The notes under the pieces: generated by a model | Told to the model about the DNA's origin: nothing | Databases searched by the model: none | The model's input: the letters and a program-made list of their open reading frames with translations, nothing else | Source: Isurus oxyrinchus | Taxonomy: Eukaryota | Assembly (NCBI GenBank): GCA_026770705.1 | Contig: JANJGN010000021.1 | Coordinates: 98,890,001-98,954,000, forward strand | Length of the DNA: 64,000 nt | Reading direction: 5' to 3' | Position numbers and translations under genes: made by a program | Shown here: positions 12,905 through 24,467 of the stretch, piece by piece | Position numbering within the stretch: the first letter of the stretch is position 1 | Layout: each line of letters opens with the position of its first letter

Positions 12905-13750
12905 AGAGTGAGGGAGCGTTGCACTGTCGGAAGGTCAGTACTGAGGGAGTGCTGCACTGTCAGAGGGTCAGTACTGAGGGAGTGCTGCACGGTCGGAAGG
13001 TCAGTACTGAGGGAATGCTGCACTGTCAGAGGGTCAGTGCTGAGGGAATGCTGCATTGTCAGAGGGTCAGTGCTGAGGGAGTGCTGTATTGTCAGAGGGT
13101 CAGTACTGAGGGAGTGCTGTACTGTCAGAGGGTCAGTACTGATGGAGTGCTGTACTGTCAGAGGTCAGTACTGAGGGAGTGCTGTACTGTCAGAGGGTCA
13201 GTACTGATGGAGTGCTGTACTGTCAGAGGGTCAGCACTGAGGAAGTGCTGCACTGTCAGACGATCAGTGCTAAGGGAGTGTTGTACTGTCAGAGGGTCAG
13301 TACTGAAGGAGTGCTGTACTGTCAGAGGTCAGTACTGAAGGAGTGCTGTACTGTCAGAGGGTCAGTACTGATGGAGTGCTGTACTGTCAGAGGGTCAGCA
13401 CTGAGGAAGTGCTGCACTGTCAGATGGTCAGTGCTAAGGGAGTGCTGTACTGTCAGAGGGTCAGTACTGAAGGAGTGCTGTACTGTCAGAGGGTCAGTAC
13501 TGAGGGAGTGCTGTACTGTCAGAGGGTCAGTACTGAGGGAGTGCTGCACTGTCAGAGGGTCAGCACTGAGGGAGTGCTGCACTGTCAGAGGGTCAGTGCT
13601 AAGGGAGTGCTGTACTGTCAGAGGGTCAGTACTGAGGGAGTGCTGCACTGTCAGAGGGTGAGTACTAAGGGAATGCTGCACTGTCAGAGGGTGAGTACTG
13701 AGGGAGTGCTGCTCTGTCAGAGGATGAGTACTGAGGGAATGCTACACTGT
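12905..13750 (+). repeat. 30-bp minisatellite (GAGGGTCAGTACTGAGGGAGTGCTGCACTGTCA-like) expanded inside a DeuSINE-like element
   Basis: The unit equals the SINE core seen at 8565-8592. The array is followed by the rest of the SINE body at ~13790-14030. Confidence 0.85.
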
Positions 13751-14089
13751 TGGATGGACCGTGTTGTGAATATGCAGCTTAGCTGCATCCAGTCTATGTA
13801 AAAGATCCACGACACTTTTGGAAGAGCAGCCTGTGTGCTCCCCTGATTTCCTGGTGAATATTTCCCCTTGACCATCACCCAGAAATAAAATAGATACTCA
13901 GGTCTTTATCATATTGCTGTTTGTGGAATCTTGCTGTGCACAAATTGGCTACCTTGTTTCTGACAGCACCTCAAAAGGCACTGGCTGGCTGTAAACACGT
14001 TGGGATGTCCCAGGACTGAAAGCTGTACTTGCAGTTCTCTGAAATATATGAGAGGTGCACACAAACCACAGGCTATTAAATGTCACTGA

Positions 14090-14419
14090 ATTGATTCGCA
14101 ACAATCATTTTATTCTGCTTCAACAGCCCACACCTGGAGTCTGTAGAATGGAAACATTTCTGATCTCACAGAATCACATAATACAGCCCCACAAGCATGG
14201 GGATTGTACACAGTCTGCTAAATACACCAGGTATTGTTCCCTCTGTATCCCATTCAAAGGAGGGGGGATGGAGATGGACAATAGCACTCTCCCTATTTTA
14301 GGCTTTCAGCATTAGCTTCAAGCTAATGGGCAGTTAGAGCATAGTTAGCCACAGAGTAAAGCTTCCAGTTCTCGCTGAGGAAGTGGAGTTGAATGCAGGC
14401 TCCACAGAGTCTTCAGAGC
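14090..14419 (-). other. Candidate distal terminal (3'UTR) exon of gene A
   Basis: Polypyrimidine tract plus CAG acceptor (ccctctctgtcttgtcag) at 14420, and AATAAA on the minus strand at 14109-14114. Confidence 0.35.
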
Positions 14420-15111
14420 CTGACAAGACAGAGAGGGTGAATTTCAACGTTTCAGCATGGTCTGAATTGGAGCCCAGATCCCAGAGGTGAAGAGTCAGTC
14501 TTGAGCATGCTGTATATCACACTTGTACCGACCCATCAATTGATCCCCAGCAGCTGAACACACACAGCAGCCCCTCAGTCAGGTGTATGAATGCCTTAAG
14601 TAAAGGTCATAGCAGTGACCCTCTACCTGCACTCGCTCCAGCCTGACCGGTGAGACCCTTCCCCATGTTAAACCCTCACAGAGCTAACTCAGCATATGGC
14701 AATAGGGCCTTTGTAATCCCACAGGATGACCTGCTTTCGCTACATGCTTTAACATCAAGGAATTAAAAACCATCACACAGGACGTTTCAAAATAAAGATT
14801 CAAAATATCTATCATTTCCAGTTAAAATAAATCCAGGGATTGAGAGAGTTTGCAAATGCCGCAGAGGTGATTAACCTTCTGTTGAACCGACCTGAAGCAA
14901 ACCTTTTTCACCGAGTATTTCCAGGATTTTTCTGTTTCCATTTCAGATATCCAGCACCTACAATAAATTGTTTCTATATTGATTACACTACTGTCCATGC
15001 TTGTTAACAGTAGTCTATGAATTAAAGAGTTTGTATATCGCTGAGAATAGAGACAGGCCGTCACAGCTTCTCACCCTGCACTTTCCCTTTCGATCTGGTA
15101 ATCTTGCAAGT

Positions 15112-15147
15112 CTGTCCTGATGAGTGCAAGTCGAAAAGCTTAGACAG
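15112..15147 (+). ncRNA. Minimal type I hammerhead ribozyme motif (Penelope-like element relic)
   Basis: CTGTC-CTGATGA-GTGCAAGTC-GAAA-AGCT-TA-GACAG: stem I CTGTC/GACAG, intact CUGAUGA and GAAA cores, palindromic AAGCTT stem III. Confidence 0.7.
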
Positions 15148-16123
15148 CTTGTCTCTTTTCTCAGCAATAATCAAGCTCTGTTCTACTCAGCGACTAATGG
15201 TTTGCATATCCCTCCATGGTGAATTATTCTGGTGTTGCCCACTGGCGGGTGCTCTGATTGGTGAAATCTGCGCCACCCGATTGGATGAATGGTTGTCCCA
15301 GTATCCAGGGGCTACCGGTCACATTTTGAATGAAATGTACAGTGCGGCGCGGCTCTCCCCTCCCCTAGCCTGCCAGGGGTTTCTATTATAGTTTATGGTG
15401 TCGGAACACAACAGCTCCCTCACTATCCAAGCTCGGCATCTCGCATTCTTACCGTGGGGGCAAGGCACTGCCAGCTGCCCAGTGACATTCTCTGTCCTGT
15501 CAACATGCTTAGGCCCAACCCTCCACGGCACTGGTCGGACATTTTGTTTCATTTCTTGGGAGAGGCTTGGAATTAGACTGAGGACAGGCTCTAACCTATC
15601 TCCTATAAGCAATGAATGGTGCTCCAGAGCGTTTGAATGGGATTTTGGGATCCCTGGGGTTCAAAGGTGAAGGTGCTGATCGGTAAGTCAGGGTTCAAAG
15701 GGCAAGACACTGCACAGGACCCAGGGTTCAAAGGTCAAGGGCAGTGTGTGGAACCCAAGTTCAGAATGGAAGTTGACAAAACATTGAAAAGTCAGTTAGA
15801 AAAAACAAAATGAGGCAATGCAAATCGGCAAAAGGTCCATCTCCGAGCAGTTATTATGTTAGAGGCAACGGTGAAGCTGTTCAGTCATTCGTCAGTAGAA
15901 CAGAGAGAGAGAGTCTCCATCTGGGCAGTTGGTGAGACTCTTGGATTGGTTGAGAGATTAAAGTTTGCCTGGGAAGGAGAAACAGGAGGAGGTTAGAGTT
16001 GGAACATTGCCGCTCGATAACCTGTCATTTGCTTTTATTTGATGAACAAGACGTGAGACCGGGATTCCCATCTTTACTCACCTGTGCTTATACCTTATCC
16101 TCCATCTTAACTGCTCTGGGTCC

Positions 16124-16203
16124 CTAGATCACTCTTCCCATAATTGCCAGCAAGAGGCCGAGGACTGGGCCAGAATGAATGGTCTCACTCACCCCTTCGA
16201 CAC
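16124..16203 (-). CDS. Candidate last coding exon of MHC class I-like gene A (short hydrophobic C-terminus, stop at 16124-16126)
   Basis: Acceptor tgttctttccctggtgtgcag. In phase 1 it reads (G)VEGVSETIHSGPVLGLLLAIMGRVI*. Donor CAG|GTGAGT at 16082/16081 and AATAAA at 16034-16039. No better TM exon was found downstream of alpha3. Confidence 0.5.
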
Positions 16204-17189
16204 CTGCACACCAGGGAAAGAACACACAGGACGTTAAGGGGCGGGGACAGTGAAAGACAAGGAGCTGACTGCCCAAGCCCACTTCAACGCCCACTAACTA
16301 ACGGCTCTGATAATGGGGGCACTCCCCCACAACCCCAACAAACCCCCCACCCCCAAACCCAGCCCCCTCCCCACCACCACCCCCCACCACCCTACCAAAC
16401 AGCAATGGCCCAACTGTGAAACCACTCACCTTTCGACTTCTGCATCAATGGGTTTTGACAGGCAGCCAACAGCCCCCATTCCACACCCTGCCTGACATTT
16501 CCTTTCCATTGGCTTTGAGCGGGTGGAGCGCAGGCTCCCTATTCACTCGCCACTTCCTGAGTGACTGCACAACGTCAGGATCCTCCCCAGAGAGCTCGAG
16601 AGTGGCCCATCTTGGATTGCCCACCAGTTCCCAGTGGGCGCCAACTTCAAGCGGAGTAATCCCGTGGGCTTGCTGTAGGAAATGGGGTTCTGCTGAATAC
16701 CCGGTTAACGACTGTGTGACCCTTGCTACCATCCCAGATCCTCGACATATCCACACCATGAGACACCATGAGCAGAATTTTCACCAAACCAACTTGTTCA
16801 CCTTGGGCTGCCGGGGTGGGGGTTGGCGGGATTGAAGGGGTGGCAGCGGGTTAGATTGTGAGAGAAGAGTGCTTTGCCATTGCTGTTTAACTCAGCCAGG
16901 TTTCCTCACTCATCATGGTATGTGACCCGCAGCCATTAATGGTAGGGGTCAGAGGCTCAGAATGGTTGTGTCTGCGTTTGGTCCTGGGGCCTCAGCACAA
17001 GCACAAGGAAGGAAACATGACTCGGGAAGGCTGCTCCCCTTGGCTCTCACACTCTTCCAGAGCTCCTACTTTACAATATAATGGCTGGGAGAGAAGGATT
17101 GTGTCAACAGCCGGGACAAAGGGGCCAGCGTCTCAGAATAAGCATGGTGGAAGTGGCAGGAGTGTGGCCTCTGGAGTCAGTGTCTTATC

Positions 17190-18190
17190 AAGTACATTTC
17201 TGACTGGCAGGATGTGACAAGTGGAGTCCTGCAGGGTACATGCCGGTGCCTCAACTTTTTTACAATTTATATCAACCACTTCAATGAAGGCAGTGAATGC
17301 ATGGTAGCTAAATTTGCAGATGACACAAAGATAGGCAAGGAAGTATGTTATGAAGAGGACATATGGAGTTTTCGGATGGATATGTGTAGGTTGAGTGAGA
17401 GGGCAAAAATTTGGCAGATGGAGTTTAATGTGAGAAAACGTGAAGTTGTTCACTTTGGCAGGAAAAATAAGAAAAGCAGGGTATTACTTAGACGGAGAAT
17501 GACTGCATAATTCTGAGGTGCAGAGGGATCTAGGTGTTCTAGTGCATGCTAGAACAAAAAGGTGGCATGCAGGTACAGCAAGTAATTAAGAAGGCTAATG
17601 GAAGGCTATCTTTTATTACAAAAGAATTGACCATAAAAATGAGGATGGTATGCTTCAGTTACACAGGACATTGTTGAGACCACATCTCAAATACTGGGTG
17701 TGATTTTGGTCTCCATATTTAAGGAAGGATGTAAATGTGTTAGAAGTGGATTAGAGAAAGTTTACCAGATTGATACCTGGAATGAGTGGGTTGAATTATG
17801 AGGAACGGTTAGACAGACTGAGGGGTGACTTGGTTGAAGTATACAAGACCATGAATGGTTTTGACAAGGTGATCATTGGAAGGATGTTTTCTTTAGTGGG
17901 TGAGTCCAAAACTAGGGGGCGCTGTTTTAAAATTAGCGGTTGCCCTTTTAGGTCAAACATTAGGAGAATTATTTTTCTCTCAGTGGATTTGTGTGACTTT
18001 GAAACTCTCTGCCTTAGAAGGTGATGGAGGCAGGATCACTAAATATTATTAAGGCAGAGGTAGGTGGATTCTTGTTAGGCAAGGGAATCAAAGGTTATCG
18101 AGCTCAATGGGAATGTGGAATTCGAAATGCAAACAGAATGGCGGAGCAGGCTCAAGGGGCCATATGTTCTATTTCAGCTTCTATTTTGTA
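17190..18190 (+). mobile_element. CR1 LINE 3' ~1 kb, degenerate
   Basis: TSGVLQG...IYIN...KFADDTKIG...WQMEFNV.K.EV.HFG, then EERL..LRGDLVEVYK. Confidence 0.9.
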
Positions 18191-18507
18191 TGATAAGGTG
18201 TGTTAATGTCAATTACATTGCTGAGGTTAAGAGAAAAGGTGATGGGTATTAATTGTCCTCAAGCACATATAAATAAGGGATCCTTCCACAACTGGTGGGC
18301 ACTTTGGAGGCTGGAGTGCATCGCCAAGCCCAGTGACATCATGTTAATTTGATTTTGTTAGTTTCTGTTGAAGTTTTCATTTTTGTTACAGTGCCCCACC
18401 AGGAGCCATCACCCCTGTCATTAGTTTTGTTTATTGATCATTTGTTTTATTTTAAAAGAACATATAAATGGGAGGAGAAGAGTGAGACTAAACAAGTCAA
18501 TAAACTC

Positions 18508-19166
18508 AAAACAAAAACAGAATTACCTAGAAAAACTCAGCAGGTCTGGCAGCATCGGTGGAGAATAATAAAGTTGACGTTTCGAATCCTCATGACCCTT
18601 CAACAGAACTGAGTAAAATAAGGGAGGGGTAAAATATAAGCTGGTTTAAGGTGGTGGGGGGGGGGGGGGGGTGGTGTGGGGGTGGGGGAGAGAAGTGGGT
18701 GGGGGAGGTTGGTTGTAGGGACAAGCAAGCAGTGATAGGAGCAGATAATCAAAAGATGTCACAGACAAAAGAACAAAGAAGTGTTGAAGGTGTTGAAGAA
18801 TGTACTAATATCACCACCTTCAACACCTCTTTGTTCTTTTGTCTGTGACATCTTTTGATTATCTGCTCCTATCACTGCTTGCTTGTCCCTACAACCACCC
18901 CCCCAACTTCTCTCCCCCCACCCAACACCCGCACCACGCCTCCCCCCCACCACCCTGCACGCCCCCCCCCCCCCCCCCCCCCACCCACAACCTTAAACCA
19001 GCTTATATTTCACCCCTCTCTTAATTTTACTCAGTTCTGTTGAAGGGTCATGAGGACTTGAAACGTCAACTTTATTATTCTCCACCGATGCTGCCAGACC
19101 TGCTGAGTTTTTCCAGGTAATTCTGTTTTTGTTTTGGATTTCCAGCATCTGCAGTTTTTTGTTTTT
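18508..19166. mobile_element. Palindromic Penelope-like element: two inverted ~300-bp arms with a 14-bp TSD
   Basis: 18508-~18795 is the reverse complement of ~18812-19136. Flanking direct repeat AAGTCAATAAACTC at 18494-18507 and 19167-19180. Hammerhead-like motifs at 18572-18610 (-) and 19033-19071 (+). Confidence 0.8.
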
Positions 19167-19999
19167 AAGTCAATAAACTCTCTCAATAAAGAAAAACTCT
19201 GTGTCTTGGTTTCTGCTTCACCAACTGGCTTGGATCCTGTTAACACCTCAAACCTGGAGACAGTGCCGCAAAAGAGTTCAATGACCTTACGGGAATAGTA
19301 AAGCTGTGAGGCCCGCCAATTTCAGGTGTCACCCAGCACACCCTGACCTCCCCAACATTCTCCCTCACAGCAAATTCATCATCCTCAAGTGTGTGTCCAA
19401 CGTCCTTTTAAAATTATGTAATCATCTTCCACCGCCTTTTCAAGCATAGCATTTGAAATCCCAGAATCTCTTCTCCTCTCTGGATCATTGACCAATGATT
19501 GTAAATCTATAACTTCTAGTTCTTGACCTGTCACCAGAGGAAATAGGTTTTCTCCATCCACTCTAAGACCTTTCCTCATCTGGAAAATCTCGACGGTGTC
19601 ATTGTATGCGTCGGCCTGTGAAGCCTCAAGAAATCCCCCCAAAAATGGGGTCAGTTTTTACACTGAGTGTGAAAGTAAACAGCAGGCATAGGTATGTGTG
19701 GCTGCCATCTTTGTTGTGGACATAGGGGTTTGCTCTATGTGAGCATGTCTTAAACTCCCACGCACCTTCGCAACACAGTCTGGGTCACCTATTTGATCCC
19801 TTGCATCCAATTATAAGGTACCAGTAAATAAAACATGCATTTGTGGGGTGAAAAATTGAGGCTGACTACTAATGTGAGTATAGCATGTTGTGGCTGAAAA
19901 GGGTGGGTCAAGTATTTGTCAAAGTATGATTTTTAAAGTGGAAGAAATGAAGTCACCTTAGTCACCAGGTCGACTTATATGCTGCGATCTATGGTAGCT

Positions 20000-21200
20000 C
20001 TTAACCTTCGTTGTTCCAAGGAAAGCAGTCCTAACATTTCAAACTTCTTTTCATAACTGAAGTCCCTCTTCCTTCATAAACCTCCTCATGTAGCTTTCTA
20101 AGGCCTTTACATCTTTCCTAAAGTGTGGCACCCAGAGTTGTCCACAATGCCCACCTGAGGCTGAACCATTGGTTTATGAAGTTCTATATGCAATGCCTCG
20201 ATTTTATATTCTGTGCCTCTACTTATAAATGGAGGTAACCCATCTGCTTTTATAACCACATTATCAACATAAGAGCCTAATAAATAGGAGCAGGACTGGA
20301 CCACATGTCCCATCCAGCCTGCTCCGCCATCCAATACAATTATGGTTGACCTTGGGCTTCAGCTCCATTTTCCCAACCAGTCCCCATATCCCTTCGTATC
20401 CTGAGAGACTAAAAATCTGTCTATCTCACCCTTAAATGTGTTCAACGATGGGGCATCCACAAGCTTCTGGGGTAGAGAATTTTAAACATTCACAACCCTT
20501 TGCATGAAGAAATTTCACCTCATCTCAGTCCTAAATGATCCGCCCCTTATCTTGGGACAGTTTAACTTGTAGTGCCACTTTTTTAAAAGGTTTGAGTACA
20601 TGGACACCAGACTTTCACTTTTCAAAATGGTGCCATTTAAGTATACTATTTTTTTCTATTTTAGTCCTCCAAAAGTGCATTGTTTTACACTTCTCCACGT
20701 TAAACTCCATTTGCCACGTTTCTACTCTTTTCACCATCCCGTCTCTGTCACCCTGAAGCCTATAACTAGCCTCATCACCATCCACTGCTTTGCTAAGTTT
20801 TTGAGCATCTGCAAAGTTTATAATGCTGCTCCCTACTCTTGAGACTGGTTTGTTGATATAACAAGCGAAAAGATCAATGGACCCAAAACCGGCCCATGTG
20901 GAAATCCACTGCAAACCACCTCTCAGACTGAAGCACCTCCACCACCCACACTTTGCTTCCTGTCGCTGAGCCAATTTTGCATGCATGCTGCTTACTTTCC
21001 CCTTACTTCCACGGGCTTCCTTTTTTTCCAAAGCCTCCCATATGGCACTTCGTTGAATGCCTTCTGAAAGTCCATTTGTACATCAACTGATCCACTACCT
21101 CAATCAAACTTCTCTTCCAACCTCCAGGAATTCAATTGAGTTAATCACAAATAATTCCCCTTTATCGAACCTGTGCTGGCTTTTCTTAAGTGACCCATGT
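20000..21200 (-). mobile_element. Nested CR1 fragments
   Basis: The minus ORF contains INFAD..KL...LQGD.D.MV...WQMEFNVEKCK.MHF. A second CR1 3' end is inserted at ~20270-20550. Confidence 0.8.
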
Positions 21201-21711
21201 CTTTAAAGTTGAACAATTGAACTCCCCAGGCTGGTGAGTGATAGTTGGACCCCCGACCTTGCCATGATTGACATGTTTATAGTTTAATTCCAGTTACTGT
21301 CCAATTTGATGCTGGTCAACCTGTATAGTTTAACCTCCCCTCATACTTCCATTTGTTTCACCAAACTCTCTTTCCCTCAAGTTTCTCTCTATTTCAGTTT
21401 CCATTGGCAATGAGAGTCGGTAACCAGAGCACACAGATTTAATCTAAGCAGTAAAAGAGCCAGAGGAGAGATGAGGACATTTTGTTTTGATACAGTGAGC
21501 TGTTGTGACCAGCACTGCCAAAACAGGCAGAGGATGCAGTAATAAATGTTAAGAAGGAATTAGATGTATTTTTAGGGGATGAATTTCCAAGGCAGTGGGG
21601 CAGTGAACTTGGAGGAAACGTGCCTGACTGGATTGCTCTCCCAAAGACCTGTCACAGGCACGATGGACCAAATAGCCGCCTTTGGCGCTTTATCATTCTG
21701 TGCTGACTTAC

Positions 21712-21984
21712 CCGACTGCACTGTCAGTGTCTTGGGCAGGCTGCTATGTTGAACTTTACAGAAGTAGCTCTTTGGGTTATTGTCCTCAATGTCTATGAGG
21801 ATCTCCATTCTGTATGTTGCATTGTAGTTTGGCAGAACGGTCACTGTAAGGGCATCCAATACAGGCTCTCCATTCCGCAGCCAGGTGGCATTGATAGCAC
21901 GGGGATAGAAGGCAGTGACAAGACAAAGGAGAGATGTGGAGCCATCAGTGGACGTCTTACTGAAAACCAGCACCTCAGGGGCAA
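21712..21984 (-). CDS. Gene A exon 4: MHC class I alpha3 (C1-set Ig) domain
   Basis: ttcttcag acceptor, G|GTAAGT donor, 273 nt, phase 1-1. (V)APEVLVF...LLCLVTAFYPRAINATWLRNG...LPNYNATY...YFCKVQHSSL. Confidence 0.93.
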
Positions 21985-22044
21985 CTGAAGAAAAAGGAAG
22001 AAGTAAAGACACTATCTCTAGAAACTTAATTTGACATTCATCCA

Positions 22045-22910
22045 ACAGAACACACTCAGAATCTGAATCCAGGTCACACTCAGAATCTGAATCCAGGCCA
22101 CACTCAGAATCTGAATCCAGGCCACACTCAGAATCTGAATCCAGATCACACTCAGAGTCTGAATCCAGGTCACACTCAGAATCTGACTCCAGATAATGCT
22201 CTGAATCCAGATCCAGATCACACTCAGAATCTGAATCCAGATCATTCTCAGAATAAGAATCTAGATCACGCTCAGAATCTAGATCCATATCACACTCAGA
22301 GAATCTAGATCCAGATCATTCTCAGAATAAGAAAGTAAATCGCACTCAGAATCTGGATCCATATCACTCAGAGAATTTAGATCCAGATCATACTCATCAC
22401 CCAGATCCAGATCACACTCAGAATCAGAATCCACATCATTCTCAGAATAAGAATCTAGATCACAGTCAGAATCCAGATCCACTTCACACTCAGAGAATCT
22501 AGACCCAGATCATACTCATCACCCAGATCTAGATCACATTGAGAATCTGGATCCATGTCACACTCAGAATCTGGAACCATATCACATTGAGAATTCAGGC
22601 CTAGGTCACACCCAGAATCTAGATCCAGATCATGCTCGTCACTGAGATCCAGATCACATTGCGAATTTGGATCCAGATCACATCGATAAACGGAATCCAG
22701 AACACACTCAGAATCTAGATCCAGCTCAAACTCATCACCCAGATTCAGATCACAATGAGAATTTGGTTCCAGATCACACTGAGAATCTGGATCCAGGACA
22801 CACTCAGAATCAAAATCCAGATCACACTCAGAATCCAGATCCACATCACACTTAGAACCCAAATCCAGATTACACTCAGAATCCGGATCCAGATCACATT
22901 GAGAATCCAA
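22045..22910. repeat. 24-bp minisatellite (CCAGATCACACTCAGAATCTGGAT) filling intron 3 of gene A
   Basis: Direct tandem units, which give the DLDSDSEC-type ORFs. Confidence 0.92.
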
Positions 22911-22928
22911 TTGTACAGTACAACTTGC

Positions 22929-23204
22929 CTTTTCTTTCCAGGGCTGCTTTACCAGCTTGAAGATTTGACTGAAGATTTCGGACACAGTTGGTGTTCAGTT
23001 TCTGGACCAAAGCGATATTTTGGTTGAGGATGCTTTCAAATTCTTTATTCAGTAAAGCTAATAAACCTATTCCACTGCAACGCACGGTGGTTATTTCACA
23101 TTGAATCACTCCATAAATATTTTTCATCTTTACAAGGCCGTTCTTGTTGGCATTCTTGTCGTTTTCTGGCACACAGCTCCAGATCCCCAGTACGTATGTG
23201 ATAT
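22929..23204 (-). CDS. Gene A exon 3: divergent MHC class I alpha2 domain
   Basis: tttgcag acceptor, 276 nt, phase 1-1, open. (H)ITYVLGIWSC...IQCEITTVRC...ILNQNIALVQKLNTNCVRNLQSNLQAGKAALERK, with C101/C164-equivalent cysteines. Donor is AAG|GCAAGT. Confidence 0.85.
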
Positions 23205-23599
23205 CTGCAAATGATCAACAGGTAAACCAGGCATTAATGGAAGAACTCTCCATGCACCTCTCTGTTAGGTCGAGCCCCCTTGAGCACCTGTAATGCCTGA
23301 CTGAGTAAATGTATGGTGTACGTTAATGTAAATATAAGTGTGACAATGTACAGAGTGGGAGGTCCTGATGAGGGGCTGTGGTCCGTGAGTGCCCTCTTTC
23401 TCTAGTTTCTCTTCTGTTTCCCCACCTGCTCTCCCTGAGCTCATCTTGTCCATGAGACCCACCTGCACCTTCACTTGCTGCTTATGTTGTTTGGCATGCA
23501 AGTAGTCCTGTGTTATTGCTTCACTAGGTTGACACCTCATTTTTAGGCAAGCCTGATGCTGCTCCTGGCATGCTGTGCTGCACTCTTCTTCGAACCATT

Positions 23600-24325
23600 G
23601 ACACCATCACTCTTCCTGGCAATAGTTTGAGGCTAAGCCAGAATGTTCGCAACCTTGGTGCAATATTTGACCTGGAGATGAGCTTCCAATCAGATATCCT
23701 TGCATCATTAAGTCTGTCTATTTCCACCTCTGTAAGATTGCCCTGTCTCAGCTCATCTGCTTCTAGAGCCCACATCCTTGTTACCTCTAGCCTTGACTAT
23801 TTCAATGCTCTCCTACATTCTACCCTCCATAACATTGAGGTCATTAAAGACTCTGCTGCCAACGTCCTAACTCATACCAAGCACTGACCCCCTTTCACCC
23901 CTGTGCTCGCTGATCTACATTGGCTCCTGGTCAAGCAATGTCTTGATTTTAAAATTCTCATCCTTGTTTTTAAATCCCTCCATGGCCTTGCCCATTCCTC
24001 TCTCTATAATCTCCTCCAATCCACAACCCTCTGAGATAGATATCTGCATTCTATTCATTATGGTCTTTTGAGCATCCTGAACTTCAATTGCTCCACTATT
24101 GGTGGTTGTGCTTTAGTCCTCAAGCTCTGGAATCCCCTCCCCAACTTTCCGCACCTCTCTACCTCACTTCCCTCCTTTAGGATTCTTCTTAAAAACTACC
24201 TCTTTGATTAGACTTTGGACATCCATCCTAATATCTTATATGGCTTGCTGTCAAATTTTATTCGATGAGGACCATGGGACATTTTACCATTCTAAAGGCC
24301 CTATGTACATGCAAGTTGCTCTTGT
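23600..24325 (+). mobile_element. L2-clade LINE 3' fragment
   Basis: RNLG..FD...LVTS.LDY.NALL...TPVL..LHWL motifs and a tail ending ATGCAAGTTG. Confidence 0.75.
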
Positions 24326-24467
24326 CCTCCTTTTCCCCTTTTTAATTCTGTAACTGGAGAGGTGAGGAAGCTGTCCTCAATGTCTCCAGTGGGAAGCCTT
24401 TGACTTAATGGTGTCAACACAGTTCTATTTTAACCTATAGGGACAGGAAAGATCAAGTGAATCTCAC

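Noticed and set aside
19590-19995. Possible Tc1/mariner-type non-autonomous DNA transposon
   Set aside because: Only one end resembles a terminal repeat; I could not establish a TIR pair or TSD by eye.
21985-22985. Acidic DLDSDSEC repeat as an in-frame protein extension of alpha3 (ORF 21572..22288)
   Set aside because: A strong polypyrimidine-CAG acceptor at 21985 explains alpha3. The repeat changes frame and has stops across the intron.
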